Program-made: the position numbers and the translations under genes
Notes under the pieces: generated by a model
Told to the model about the DNA's origin: nothing
Database searches by the model: none
Seen by the model: the letters and a program-made list of their open reading frames with translations, nothing else
Source of the DNA: an uncultured Actinomycetes bacterium
GTDB lineage: Bacteria > Actinomycetota > Actinomycetes > S36-B12 > UBA10799
Length of the DNA stretch: 64,000 nt
Direction of reading: 5' to 3'
NCBI GenBank assembly: GCA_963842975.1
Contig: CAWJIH010000006.1
Coordinates: forward strand, 87,331-151,330
Part shown: piece after piece, positions 48,198 through 57,776 of the stretch
Layout: the number at the start of each line of letters is the position of its first letter
Numbering within the stretch: position 1 is the first letter of the stretch

Positions 48198-49118
48198 TCA
48201 TCGTGTGAAGGGCAACTTTGACCACAGACTGGACACGGATCCCAGATAGCGTCCGGCGCGTGCCAAGGTCCGACCTCCTGGGAGCCCCGGCGTCGACTCC
48301 ACCACGGGCACCCAGTGCAGCAGCCCCGGCAGGTCGTGGAAGCGCAGCGCACCGGAGCGGTAGAGCCCAACCACGTCGGCGCGACCCGCCGTTGCGGTGA
48401 GCACCGTAGCCACATCGCCGATCACGGCGGGGCCGGACTCTGTTGGTGAGGCGGAACCAAGTTCCCGGGTGCACCAGTCACCACCGGAGGCCCCGGCACC
48501 GATCTGCCGGGCGGGAACACGTGCGGTGATGGAAGCCGCCACTTCTGCCCGCGCGGCGAAGGCGCCGGTGGTGTCGACTAGCGCGTTCAGTCCGGCATCC
48601 AGGAGATCTGGTGGGGCAGTGATATTTGCGGTTTGGAGGTCGAGGGTGATCAGCGCGAGCGGGTAGGCGACTCCGTTGATGGCGGTGAGCAGGGGCAGGG
48701 GGCCCAGTATCGTGGGGGTCGCAAGAAGTGCCTCCGCTTGCCAGTGCGGATCGGATTCGACCCAGGCTGCCAACGAATCCCGGGAGCGTCGCAACGCGGT
48801 GATCAGCTCGGTGCTTGTCGGCTCCGGGGGAATCTGTGGGCTTCTTGAACTGTCAAGTTCGGTTCGCCCGGCCTTCGCGTCGGCGCGCATTTCGTCCAAC
48901 GTTCGGCTCCCTGGCCATGTGCCCATCTCAGCGATGGCGGCTCCAGCTGAGCGCTTGCGGACAGCGATGCTCGGGTCAACCTCTGAGGCACATGCGATGA
49001 AGGTGTCCCAGGCGGATATCGTTTTCCGCACCACCGCCTCGGGATCCGTCGTGACCAACCCGCGTTCACCGGGAGCTGGCCGCAACAACGGCGGGGGTAT
49101 CGCAGTCACACCGTACAC
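48198..49118 (-). CDS. Hypothetical protein (start uncertain)
   Basis: 306-aa ORF filling the gap between DUF3052 and the peroxiredoxin; no motif recognised with confidence. Confidence 0.6.
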   Translation of the reverse strand: MYGVTAIPPPLLRPAPGERGLVTTDPEAVVRKTISAWDTFIACASEVDPSIAVRKRSAGAAIAEMGTWPGSRTLDEMRADAKAGRTELDSSRSPQIPPEPTSTELITALRRSRDSLAAWVESDPHWQAEALLATPTILGPLPLLTAINGVAYPLALITLDLQTANITAPPDLLDAGLNALVDTTGAFAARAEVAASITARVPARQIGAGASGGDWCTRELGSASPTESGPAVIGDVATVLTATAGRADVVGLYRSGALRFHDLPGLLHWVPVVESTPGLPGGRTLARAGRYLGSVSSLWSKLPFTR

Positions 49119-49146
49119 CTAACACCAGGAGAAGGACGAGAACACC

Positions 49147-49605
49147 ATGACGGTGGAAATTGGAAAGCCAGCGCCAGACTTTGAATTGTCCGATCAGTTT
49201 GGCCGCAAGGTGAAACTGTCGGATTTCCGGGGCAAGAACGTCGTCCTGGTCTTCTATCCCTTCGCCTTCACCGGTATTTGCACCGGTGAGTTGTGCGTCT
49301 TGCGCGACGAGTCGTCGGACTTCGTCGCTGAGGGTGTGGAGACGCTGGCGATTTCCTGCGACCCGGTTCCCTCGCTCAAGGTGTTCTCCGAGCAGAACAG
49401 CATCGAGTACCCGCTGCTGTCGGACTTCTGGCCCCACGGAGAAACCGCAAAGGCCTACGGCGTCTTCTGGGAAAAGACCGGCTTCGCGACCCGCGGCACA
49501 TTCATCGTGGACAGCAACGGGATCCTGGCCTGGAGCGTGGTCAATGGGCCAGGCGAAGCGCGATCCACCAGCGACTACCGGGCTGCGCTGGCCGAGTTGA
49601 CCTGA
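49147..49605 (+). CDS. Peroxiredoxin (AhpE-like)
   Basis: [13 protein letters not shown] (PxxxTxxC) and LLSDFWPHG motifs. Confidence 0.92.
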   Translation: MTVEIGKPAPDFELSDQFGRKVKLSDFRGKNVVLVFYPFAFTGICTGELCVLRDESSDFVAEGVETLAISCDPVPSLKVFSEQNSIEYPLLSDFWPHGETAKAYGVFWEKTGFATRGTFIVDSNGILAWSVVNGPGEARSTSDYRAALAELT

Positions 49606-49659
49606 GCGCCGGCTCCAAGCGGCCAGGGATCGCGGTGCACTCCCTCGACGAGAGCTCAG

Positions 49660-49732
49660 TGGGCCCGGCCGGACTCGAACCGACGACCTACCCGGTGTAA
49701 ACGGGTTGCGCTACCAGCTGCGCTACGGGCCC
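49660..49732 (-). tRNA. tRNA-Val(TAC)
   Basis: GGGCCCG/CGGGCCC acceptor stem, ACCCG-TTTACAC-CGGGT anticodon arm, GGTTCGAGTCC T arm. Confidence 0.96.
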
Positions 49733-49885
49733 GCGGTAGAGCGTAGACGCTGGGCCGTTGTCGGTACGGCCCGGCCCCCGAGTCTCGGGCCTCCGGGGGC
49801 CGGGCGTGGCTTTATCTTGGAGCCGATCCGACCATCGCGCATCTCGGGAGCGACTCAACTGCAGCCAGGTCGTACGTTGGGCGCT

Positions 49886-51067
49886 ATGACTCACACGTCA
49901 ACGTCCGCCACGACTCCGACGCTGGCCAACGTGGTGGGGACGATGGCGGCGCTGTACCCGCCCGATTTGGCCGAATCATGGGACGCTGTAGGTCTCGTCT
50001 GCGGCGACCCAGCGCAGCCTGTTCGGCGGGTGCTGGTCGCCATCGATCCCACTGAGGAAGTCGTTGATGAGGCCCTGGAATGGGGCGCTGACCTGCTCAT
50101 TTGTCATCATCCTCGGCTGCTGCGCGGGGTGCATGGAGTGCCTGCTACCTCGGCGGCCGGGCGGGTCGTGCACAGGCTGATTCAGGGTTCCTGTGCCCTG
50201 CTGACCGCGCACACCAACGCCGATGCCGCGAATCCGGGGGTCTCGGATGCCCTAGCCGAACTCCTGGGGGTGACCCAAACCGTTCCCCTGCAGCGCGCGC
50301 CGGAATCGCTGGCGAAGCACCTGCTGGTCACCTACGTGCCCCAGCCGTATGTTGAGGCGGTCATCAGCGCTGCTGCCGACGCCGGGGCGGGGGTCGTGGG
50401 CGAGTACCGCCGGTGTGCTTTCAGCTCCGAAGGGGTGGGCACCTACGAGGCTCCGGCGGATGGCGATCCGTTCATTGGATCCGCCGGTGAACGCAGCACA
50501 GCTGCGGAAGTTCGCATCGAGATGACACTTTCGGTTGCGACAACTGACGCAGTGATCCGCGCGGTGCTTGCCGAGCACCCCTACGAAGAGCCGGCCTACG
50601 AGATCCTGCCCGTGGTTGCGGCGCCGACGCGCACCGGAATCGGTCGAATCGGGGTGCTCGCGACAGCCACCACTTTGGCCGAATTCGCTGCAGTGGTGGC
50701 CGCCGCGCTACCCGCGACAGGGTCCGGCGTGCGGGTGGCCGGGGACCCGTCGACTGTGGTGCATCGAGTGGCTGTCTGTGGTGGTGCTGGTGATTCGCTA
50801 CTCGCAGATGCCCAAGCCGCCGGCGCCGATGTCTACGTCACCGCGGACCTACGGCACCACCGGGCGCTGGACCACATCGCCGACGGCGGCTGTGCATTGA
50901 TCGATGTGGCCCATTGGGCCAGTGAATGGCCATGGTGTGCACAGGTCGCCGCGCTGCTGCCGGCGGCGCTGGCCGTTGAGGTCGGGACGTCAGCGGATAG
51001 CGTTGAGGTCAAGGTGTCACACCTGCCTACTGACCCTTGGACACGCCACCAGAGGAGTTATCCGTGA
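49886..51067 (+). CDS. Nif3-like dinuclear metal protein with PII-like insert
   Basis: AESWDAVGL, HHP, HTNAD, HPYEEPAY, TADLRHH and HWASE motifs. Confidence 0.93.
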   Translation: MTHTSTSATTPTLANVVGTMAALYPPDLAESWDAVGLVCGDPAQPVRRVLVAIDPTEEVVDEALEWGADLLICHHPRLLRGVHGVPATSAAGRVVHRLIQGSCALLTAHTNADAANPGVSDALAELLGVTQTVPLQRAPESLAKHLLVTYVPQPYVEAVISAAADAGAGVVGEYRRCAFSSEGVGTYEAPADGDPFIGSAGERSTAAEVRIEMTLSVATTDAVIRAVLAEHPYEEPAYEILPVVAAPTRTGIGRIGVLATATTLAEFAAVVAAALPATGSGVRVAGDPSTVVHRVAVCGGAGDSLLADAQAAGADVYVTADLRHHRALDHIADGGCALIDVAHWASEWPWCAQVAALLPAALAVEVGTSADSVEVKVSHLPTDPWTRHQRSYP

Positions 51068-51807
51068 AGGCCGATCCGAACGCCCAGCGCACGTTGCTGG
51101 ATCTTGCAACCATCGACACCTCGCTGGACCGCAACGCCCACCGTGAGGCCACGTTGCCAGAGCAAGCAGAGGTGGCCCAACTACAAGCAGCCACTTCGGA
51201 GGCACACAATCGGGCGGTTCGGGCCACTACCGAACTGACAGACCTGAGCCGGGCGTTGACCCGGGCCGAGGGCGAGGTCGCAGCGGTGCGGACGCGAGCG
51301 GACCGGGATCGAGCGCTGCTGGCGTCCGGAAACGTCACCTCATCGAAGCAACTGTCGGATCTGGAGCATGAAGTTGCCTCCCTGGTGCGCCGCCAGTCGG
51401 ATCTGGAAGATGCCGAGTTGGAAGTGATGGAGGCTGTTGAGCAAGCCCAAACGGAGCTGACCCAGGCCCAGCAGCATGAGGCTGACTGCGTCGCGAAGCT
51501 TGCGGCCGCGGAAGGTGCCCGGGATGCGGCGCTGGCGGATTTGGCCGTTGAGCGCCAAGATCTTGCCGTCGAACGGGAGGCACTGGTCACTACCATCCCG
51601 ACCGATCTACTGGCTCTGTACGACCGTATTCGTTCGCACGGAAACTCCGTCGCAGTCGGGTTGCTGCGATTCGGTCGGTGTGAGTCCTGCCAAATGGAAC
51701 TGTCCCGAGTCGACTTGGATGCAGCACGGCTGGCGGCCGCCGACGAGGTCCTGCGCTGCCCTGAGTGCCAGGCCATCATGGTGCGGACTGAGGAGTCGGG
51801 GTTGTGA
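51064..51807 (+). CDS. Coiled-coil C4 zinc-ribbon protein (DUF164-like)
   Basis: Long coiled coil followed by CESC...CPEC. Confidence 0.9.
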   Translation: MKADPNAQRTLLDLATIDTSLDRNAHREATLPEQAEVAQLQAATSEAHNRAVRATTELTDLSRALTRAEGEVAAVRTRADRDRALLASGNVTSSKQLSDLEHEVASLVRRQSDLEDAELEVMEAVEQAQTELTQAQQHEADCVAKLAAAEGARDAALADLAVERQDLAVEREALVTTIPTDLLALYDRIRSHGNSVAVGLLRFGRCESCQMELSRVDLDAARLAAADEVLRCPECQAIMVRTEESGL

Positions 51808-52241
51808 CCGGCGGGTATGAGGTCGAAGCTGACGGGGGTTCGCGAGGAAACCCCGGACCTGCCGCCTACGGCGCCGTGATCATCAAGGACGGGGCCCCCA
51901 TTCGGCAGCTGGCTGGGGCCATCGGTACTGCGACCAATAACGTCGCGGAGTACCGCAGCGTGCTGGCCGCGCTGGAATGGATTGCGGCACAATCCGACGG
52001 CGCTGCCACCGCCGTGCAGGTGCGCATGGACAGCAAATTGGTGGTGGAGCAGATGTCCGGCCGGTGGAAGATCAAACACCCCGACATGCGTGCCTTGGCC
52101 CTTCAAGTGCGGGATGCGCTGCCGCCTGCACAGGTGCAGTACACGTGGATTCCGCGGGAACTCAACAAGCGAGCCGACGCTCTGGTGAACGAGGTTCTTG
52201 ATGCTGGTAGCCCGGGCCTGGTGATCGACCGGGCCCCGTGA
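51804..52241 (+). CDS. rnhA: Ribonuclease HI (stand-alone domain)
   Basis: DGGSRGNPG, TNNVAEY, DSKLVVEQM and NKRADALVN motifs. Confidence 0.9.
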   Translation: MTGGYEVEADGGSRGNPGPAAYGAVIIKDGAPIRQLAGAIGTATNNVAEYRSVLAALEWIAAQSDGAATAVQVRMDSKLVVEQMSGRWKIKHPDMRALALQVRDALPPAQVQYTWIPRELNKRADALVNEVLDAGSPGLVIDRAP

Positions 52242-52858
52242 CCGCCGAGTTCGCGCCAGTCCGGATCGTAGTGGTGCGTCATGGTGCAACGGCGCTTACC
52301 GGTGAGGTGCTCAACGGTGGTGGTGCGCACGCCGCTGACCCCCCACTGACACAAGCGGGGATCGACGACCTCATCCGAGTCCGGCAACTGCTGACGGGGG
52401 CGGCGCCTGAGTTTGCATGGTCGTCGCCGGCGCGCCGGGCACGGGAAAGTGCTCGGGCTCTGGGCTGGCCGGAGCCAAGGGTGGATCCCTTGTTGGCCGA
52501 GGTCGACTTTGGCAGTTGGGAGGGTAGAAGTCCAAGCACAATCGCGGCGGAGGCACACGCTCGGTGGTGGTCTGATCCGGCCGCGCAGGCACCGGAGGCG
52601 GCCACGAGTGTGGCAACCGTGGCCGACGGGCTCCGCGGATGGATCGCCCAGCGCCAACAGGATTGTGCCGGGTTGACTATTGGCCTGGCCGGGCATGCGA
52701 CGACGGTGCGGATCGTGGTGGCCCATGCACTGAACTTGCCGCTGCCGGATTCGTTGCGGCTTTCGGTGCCGCCCGCGGGGGCTGCAGTCGTGCGCTTCTG
52801 GCCCGATGGTGGGTCATGCCTGGACACCTTCCTCGCGCCGCCGGAGCCAGGCGACTAG
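52238..52858 (+). CDS. Histidine phosphatase family (CobC-like)
   Basis: VVRHG, SSPARRA and EVDFGSWEG motifs. Confidence 0.85.
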   Translation: MTAEFAPVRIVVVRHGATALTGEVLNGGGAHAADPPLTQAGIDDLIRVRQLLTGAAPEFAWSSPARRARESARALGWPEPRVDPLLAEVDFGSWEGRSPSTIAAEAHARWWSDPAAQAPEAATSVATVADGLRGWIAQRQQDCAGLTIGLAGHATTVRIVVAHALNLPLPDSLRLSVPPAGAAVVRFWPDGGSCLDTFLAPPEPGD

Positions 52859-52876
52859 GGGAGTACGCTAAGCGGC

Positions 52877-53263
52877 GACAAGCCAGCCGGGCGGCCGCGG
52901 GCGTGCGACAACGCGCGTTCGAGGAAAGTCCGGACACCACAGGGCAAGGTGGTGGGTAACGCCCACCCGGGGTGACCCGCGGGACAGTGCCACAGAAAAC
53001 AGACCGCCTCGCTGAACTGGCGAGGTAAGGGTGAAACGGTGGTGTAAGAGACCACCAGCGCCGCAGGTGACTGCGGTGGCTCGGTAAACCCCACCTGGTG
53101 CAAGACCAAGAGGGTGTTCCGCTCTGCGGAGCACCTGCGCAGACGGGTGGCCCGCCCGATGTCTGCGGGTAGGTCGCATGAGGCCGTCGGCAACGGCGGC
53201 GCCTGAGATGGATGGTCGCCCCCGCGATAGCGGGACAGAATCCGGCTTACAGGCTGGCTTGTC
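52877..53263 (+). ncRNA. rnpB: RNase P RNA, class A
   Basis: GAGGAAAGTCCGGAC, AGTGCCACAGAAA, GGGTGAAACGGTGGTGTAAGAG and ACAGAATCCGGCTTA; terminal GACAAGCCAGCC/GGCTGGCTTGTC pairing. Confidence 0.97.
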
Positions 53264-53321
53264 ACTCAAGCGGGTAGGCACTCTGTGCTGCAGGAACCAA
53301 GACCGGCCACCCGCCGCCCGA

Positions 53322-54533
53322 TCAACCGCGAAGGGCCTGGTTCAGGTTGTCCATGATCGGTTGCATCCACTCCACCCACGATGTCGTGACATCGTCCAGC
53401 GGAGCACGGAAGATCTCCCATGGCACTCCAAGGGCGCCATTGAAGCCGAAGTAGTAGATCGCCGGCATCATGATCATGGCGATGGTGATGGCCCCGGCGA
53501 AGGCGCCGAGGTTGCCAGGGTCTGGCCCGGAACGCACCGGAGACGGGATGATCTCGGACACCTCGCCATGACGGATCGTATGCAGTTGCTCGTGCACGAC
53601 GAAGAGTGCCGCCGCGGTCACGACACAAACGAACACCCTGGTGCCGTCCAGCGTGGTGATGGTGAACAGGCCCGGCAACGCGAAGAGCCCTGCGATCACA
53701 AACCAGCGCGAGCGTCCGGTGAGTGAGCCAACCACGAACAACACCACCAGCCAGAGCGCGCCAAACCAGGAGTAGAGGCTCAACGGGAAGGTTTCAAGGA
53801 AGCCCTGCACGCTCTGTGCCATCCACACCGGGAAAAACTTCGCCCGCGACCCATCCACATTGTAGTGAGCAAACCAGAGCGTTACGGCTATCCAGTTCAC
53901 CACTGCAATCCCGCCAAAGATCACGGCGTCGCGACGCTTGGCTCGGAACCGGGGCGCCCCGGCAACCAACAGCAAGCAGGCGGCAGCCACGATCGCTTGC
54001 TCGGGGTTGGCGCTGCTTGCGATCAGGGCGCCAAGCACCACCAGCCACCATTTACGCCCGAGCGCCACCAAGGCGGAACCGGTGATCAGGAACAAGTCGT
54101 AGCGACCGATTCCGTACAGCATCACAGTCGGCAGCGGGCTACAGGCGAGGACGATCAGCGCGACCCGGTGGCGGGGGGTTGGTCGGCGCAGCACAATCAC
54201 GGCGGCGGCCACGAGGGCCGCGAGGGTGGCAATGAGAAACCCGGTGTTCCAGGCGTTCGCGCTGGAGTCGATCCCCAGGATCCGGCCGACGAGCAGCGGC
54301 CCCCAGGACGATGAGAACCAGTTCAGAGGCTCGGGCAGAACTTGTGCGCCAGCCGCGAAATCGGCCGAACCGATGTCGAAATGGATGCCGTTTCGGATAA
54401 CGGCGAGGGTGATGGCCAGGACGGCCAACACCCAGGGCCGCACATCGAGGACGAACCGGCCGACCGCACGCACCGGCGTAAGCGCGGAGGCCAAAGTGAG
54501 CGAGGGGAAACCCTCAGAGACGGGAGTGCGCAC
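53322..54533 (-). CDS. Polytopic membrane protein (possibly GT-C-like)
   Basis: About 10 hydrophobic segments; GRYD and LDGTR loops. Confidence 0.6.
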   Translation of the reverse strand: MRTPVSEGFPSLTLASALTPVRAVGRFVLDVRPWVLAVLAITLAVIRNGIHFDIGSADFAAGAQVLPEPLNWFSSSWGPLLVGRILGIDSSANAWNTGFLIATLAALVAAAVIVLRRPTPRHRVALIVLACSPLPTVMLYGIGRYDLFLITGSALVALGRKWWLVVLGALIASSANPEQAIVAAACLLLVAGAPRFRAKRRDAVIFGGIAVVNWIAVTLWFAHYNVDGSRAKFFPVWMAQSVQGFLETFPLSLYSWFGALWLVVLFVVGSLTGRSRWFVIAGLFALPGLFTITTLDGTRVFVCVVTAAALFVVHEQLHTIRHGEVSEIIPSPVRSGPDPGNLGAFAGAITIAMIMMPAIYYFGFNGALGVPWEIFRAPLDDVTTSWVEWMQPIMDNLNQALRG

Positions 54534-54541
54534 AGGTCAAC

Positions 54542-55024
54542 CTAATCGGATCCGATGGGTGCGCTGATCGTCGGGAAGTCGTGCAGGGGCGCAGCCACCG
54601 CTGCAGCAAGCCGACCGAGTTCTGCGAAGTCCTGCTCGCCAAGGACGTCAAGCAGCCGCCGGCGCACACTCTCGACGTGCACCGGGGCCGCCGCGCGAAT
54701 CAATTCCCAGCCGGGTTCGGTGAGGATCGCCCACTGGCCGCGGGCGTCCTCGGCGCACCGTTCCCGGATCACCCAGCCAGCCCGTTCCATCCGTCCGATC
54801 TGATGGGTGAGTTTGCTGCGCGAGGCCAGGGTTGCGTGGGCAAGGTCCGCCATTCGGACCCGACTGCCGTCGGCTTCGGACAGCTGGACGAGGATTTCGT
54901 ACTCGCCCAAACCGATGTCGAAGGCCGCTCGCAAATCCCGGTCGAGTGCTTCTGGGAGTAGTTGGTTCATGGCCAACCAGGCACGCCAGTGCTGCTGTTC
55001 GGCGGGGGTGAGCCAGCGCGTCAC
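54542..55024 (-). CDS. MarR family transcriptional regulator
   Basis: YEILVQLSE, SRSKLTHQIGRME, DARG and AAPVHVESVR motifs. Confidence 0.92.
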   Translation of the reverse strand: MTRWLTPAEQQHWRAWLAMNQLLPEALDRDLRAAFDIGLGEYEILVQLSEADGSRVRMADLAHATLASRSKLTHQIGRMERAGWVIRERCAEDARGQWAILTEPGWELIRAAAPVHVESVRRRLLDVLGEQDFAELGRLAAAVAAPLHDFPTISAPIGSD

Positions 55025-55026
55025 CG

Positions 55027-55812
55027 TCAGGACTCGTAGTCCATGTCCCAAATCTTGATACCGCCCAGGATGCCGGCGGTGTTGGGAACGATCGTGGCCT
55101 TCGGCCCGAGCAGGGTCGCTGGGTAGTGCTTGGCGTTGCCACCGCCGATGTAGATGTGATCAAAGAAGAGGAAGTCGTCGAAGGCGTCAATGGCCTTGGC
55201 CACGCGCTTCCGCCACCGCTTGTTACCGATGGTCTTGCGGGCTTCGTTGCCAAGTTGAGTGTCGAAGGTTTCTCCCCTCCGGAACGGCGCGTGCGACAAC
55301 TCCATGTGAGGAAGCAGACGGCCGTTGCTGAACAAGGCAGTACCGCAGCCGGTGCCGAGGGTCATCACAAATTCGAAGCCTTGGCCCTGCGCCACGGCGC
55401 AGCCTTGGACATCGGCGTCATTGGCCACCTTGACCGGCACCCGGAACGCTTCCGCGAGCGCCGTCGCGAGGTCGAATCCGTGCCACTTCGCGGCCATCTC
55501 GGGTGACTGTTCGCCGCCGTAGACCAGTCGAGAGAAGGCTGGAACGTGCCACACCCGGCCGTTTCGCACCAGCCCGGGGAAACCCACAGTGACCCGGTGG
55601 TAGTGGGGAAGGTCCTGCACCAACTCCTGCAACTTGCTCACCAGTGTCTCCGGTGGGCAAGGGTAGGGCGTTTCGATTCGGACACGATCGCACGTCATGG
55701 TGCCGTTGACGTCGAGCACTGAGGCCTTCAGGCCGCTGCCGCCCACGTCGATTGAGAGGGTTTTGACATCGGCTGGCCAGACGGTTTCGGTGTTTGCGGT
55801 GGCTTCGGCCAT
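55027..55812 (-). CDS. ROK-family kinase (polyphosphate glucokinase-like)
   Basis: IDVGGSGLK, GFPG, NDAD, TLGTGCG, ELSH and IGGGN motifs; next to map. Confidence 0.85.
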   Translation of the reverse strand: MAEATANTETVWPADVKTLSIDVGGSGLKASVLDVNGTMTCDRVRIETPYPCPPETLVSKLQELVQDLPHYHRVTVGFPGLVRNGRVWHVPAFSRLVYGGEQSPEMAAKWHGFDLATALAEAFRVPVKVANDADVQGCAVAQGQGFEFVMTLGTGCGTALFSNGRLLPHMELSHAPFRRGETFDTQLGNEARKTIGNKRWRKRVAKAIDAFDDFLFFDHIYIGGGNAKHYPATLLGPKATIVPNTAGILGGIKIWDMDYES

Positions 55813-55875
55813 GTCGTTCTCCTTGATGTTGTGGGGACTTGGCTGGCGCTGGAAGGGGGGACGGAGAGGTGGATC

Positions 55876-56736
55876 CTAGGGCCCGGATTGGGACGGGAGA
55901 GTGAGGACTTCAGAGCCGGAATCGGTGACCAAAAGCGTATGTTCGAACTGTGCGGATCGTTTGCGGTCAGCGGTCACCACGGTCCACCCGTCCTCCCAGA
56001 TCTCGTAGTCGATGGTGCCCAGAGTGAGCATAGGCTCAATCGTGAACGTCATGCCTGCCTCAAGCGTCACGTCCAGCCCAGGATCGTCGTAGTGCGGCAC
56101 GACTAGCCCAGAGTGGAAGTCCTGGCCGATGCCATGGCCGGTGAAATCCCGAACAACCCCGTATCCGAACCGTTTCGCATACGACTCGATAACTCTGCCG
56201 ACGACGTTGAGTTGGCGACCCGGCGCAACCGCCTTGATCGCCCGCCGCAGGCTCTCCCTCGTTCGCTCCACCAGGAGTCGTGATTCTTCATCGACGTCCC
56301 CAGCCAGGAAAGTTGCATTCGTGTCGCCGTGCACCCCACCGATGTATCCGGTGATGTCGATGTTGACGATGTCGCCGTCTTGAATCACCGTTGAATCCGG
56401 GATGCCGTGGCAGATCACTTCATTGAGCGAGGTACACATCGACTTTGGGTAGCCCCGGTAGCCCAGTGTCGAGGGGTACGCGCCATGGTCGAGCAGATAC
56501 TCGTGGCCGATCCGGTCCAGGGCATCCGTGGTGACGCCTGGGGCGACGTTTCGTCCGGCTTCGGCCAAGGCGTCAGCAGCGATCCGCCCGGCGATGCGCA
56601 TCTTTTCGATGGTCTCGGCGGTCTTCACCTCCGGCTCGCCAGTGCGCACGGGCATAGGTTGGTCAACATAGGAAGGTCGCGGGATCGATGCGGGCACTGG
56701 TAGTCGTGGCGCAACCACACCTGGAGAAAGAGCCAT
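55876..56736 (-). CDS. map: Methionine aminopeptidase type I
   Basis: [30 protein letters not shown] and AQFEHT motifs. Confidence 0.97.
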   Translation of the reverse strand: MALSPGVVAPRLPVPASIPRPSYVDQPMPVRTGEPEVKTAETIEKMRIAGRIAADALAEAGRNVAPGVTTDALDRIGHEYLLDHGAYPSTLGYRGYPKSMCTSLNEVICHGIPDSTVIQDGDIVNIDITGYIGGVHGDTNATFLAGDVDEESRLLVERTRESLRRAIKAVAPGRQLNVVGRVIESYAKRFGYGVVRDFTGHGIGQDFHSGLVVPHYDDPGLDVTLEAGMTFTIEPMLTLGTIDYEIWEDGWTVVTADRKRSAQFEHTLLVTDSGSEVLTLPSQSGP

Positions 56737-56803
56737 GGACGCAGTCTATGTGTGCTGCGGCGCTAGGGTGACTACGACAACTCTTTCGAATGGAGGGATC
56801 GTC

Positions 56804-57016
56804 GTGACCGACGAACGCAGCTTGGAAGATGAACTAACCGACCCCAAACCCAAGTGGTACTACCTGCTGCTCAAGAACACGGTGACTCAAGACCCGGGAC
56901 CGGACCGAATGGGGCCCTACGACACTGAAGAAGAGGCCCGTCACGCCCTCGACATTGCCAGCAAGCGAAATGAAGAGTGGGAAGATCAGGACGAGGAATG
57001 GAACGGCAGGAAGTAA
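56804..57016 (+). CDS. Small conserved actinobacterial protein divergent from map
   Basis: RMGPYDTEEEARHAL...RNEEWE; GGAGG RBS. Confidence 0.7.
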   Translation: MTDERSLEDELTDPKPKWYYLLLKNTVTQDPGPDRMGPYDTEEEARHALDIASKRNEEWEDQDEEWNGRK

Positions 57017-57748
57017 CCGGCGCCGGGCCCACGTCGCGCGACCCATGGGCCCTTCCGGATGTTGCCGAACTCACGATCGGGGTGCTCGGGGGCACCGGCG
57101 AGCAGGGTCGTGGACTCGCCACACGCTGGGCGGCCGCCGGTCAGCGGGTGATCATCGGATCACGGCAGGTGGAGCGAGCAGAGGCTGCCGCAGTTGGCAT
57201 CCGGGATTCGATCGCGGTCGCGTCTGCTGGCGAAGTCGATCCCGCCAAGGTTCGTGGGATGAGCAATCCGGAGTGCGCCGAATCGTCTGATGTGGTGGTT
57301 GTTGCGGTGCCCTGGGCTGGTCATCATGCGCTGCTGACGGAGGTCGCCATTCAGGTGCGCGATAAGACCGTCGTCGACTGCGTCAATCCGCTCGGTTTCG
57401 ACGCCAAGGGTGCCTACGTCCTGCCGGTGCCTGAGGGATCCGCAGCGCAACAGGCGGCGGCGGTATTGCCGGATTCGACAGTAGTAGCGGCCTTCCACCA
57501 TGTGTCGGCCAAGTTGCTCTTGGATCTGGACCTCGCTCGAGATCAGCGCCGATGTGATGGTTCTCGGTGATGATCGCGCGGCTACCGACACCGTGGCAGC
57601 GTTGGCCGGGTTGATCCCGGGGATGCGGGGAATCTACGCAGGTCGGCTGCGGAATGCCGGTCAAGTAGAGGCGCTGACTGCCAACCTGATCTCGGTCAAC
57701 CGACGCTACAAAGCACACGCTTCGATAGCGGTCACGGACCTCGACTAG
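56998..57748 (+). CDS. npdG: NADPH-dependent F420 reductase, frameshift near 57537
   Basis: GGTGEQGRGLA, VDCVNPL, AAFHHVSA; second frame DVMVLGD...VEALTANLISVNRRYK. Confidence 0.88.
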
Positions 57749-57776
57749 TTCCTGCAACCCGCCTCCAGGCGGAGAT

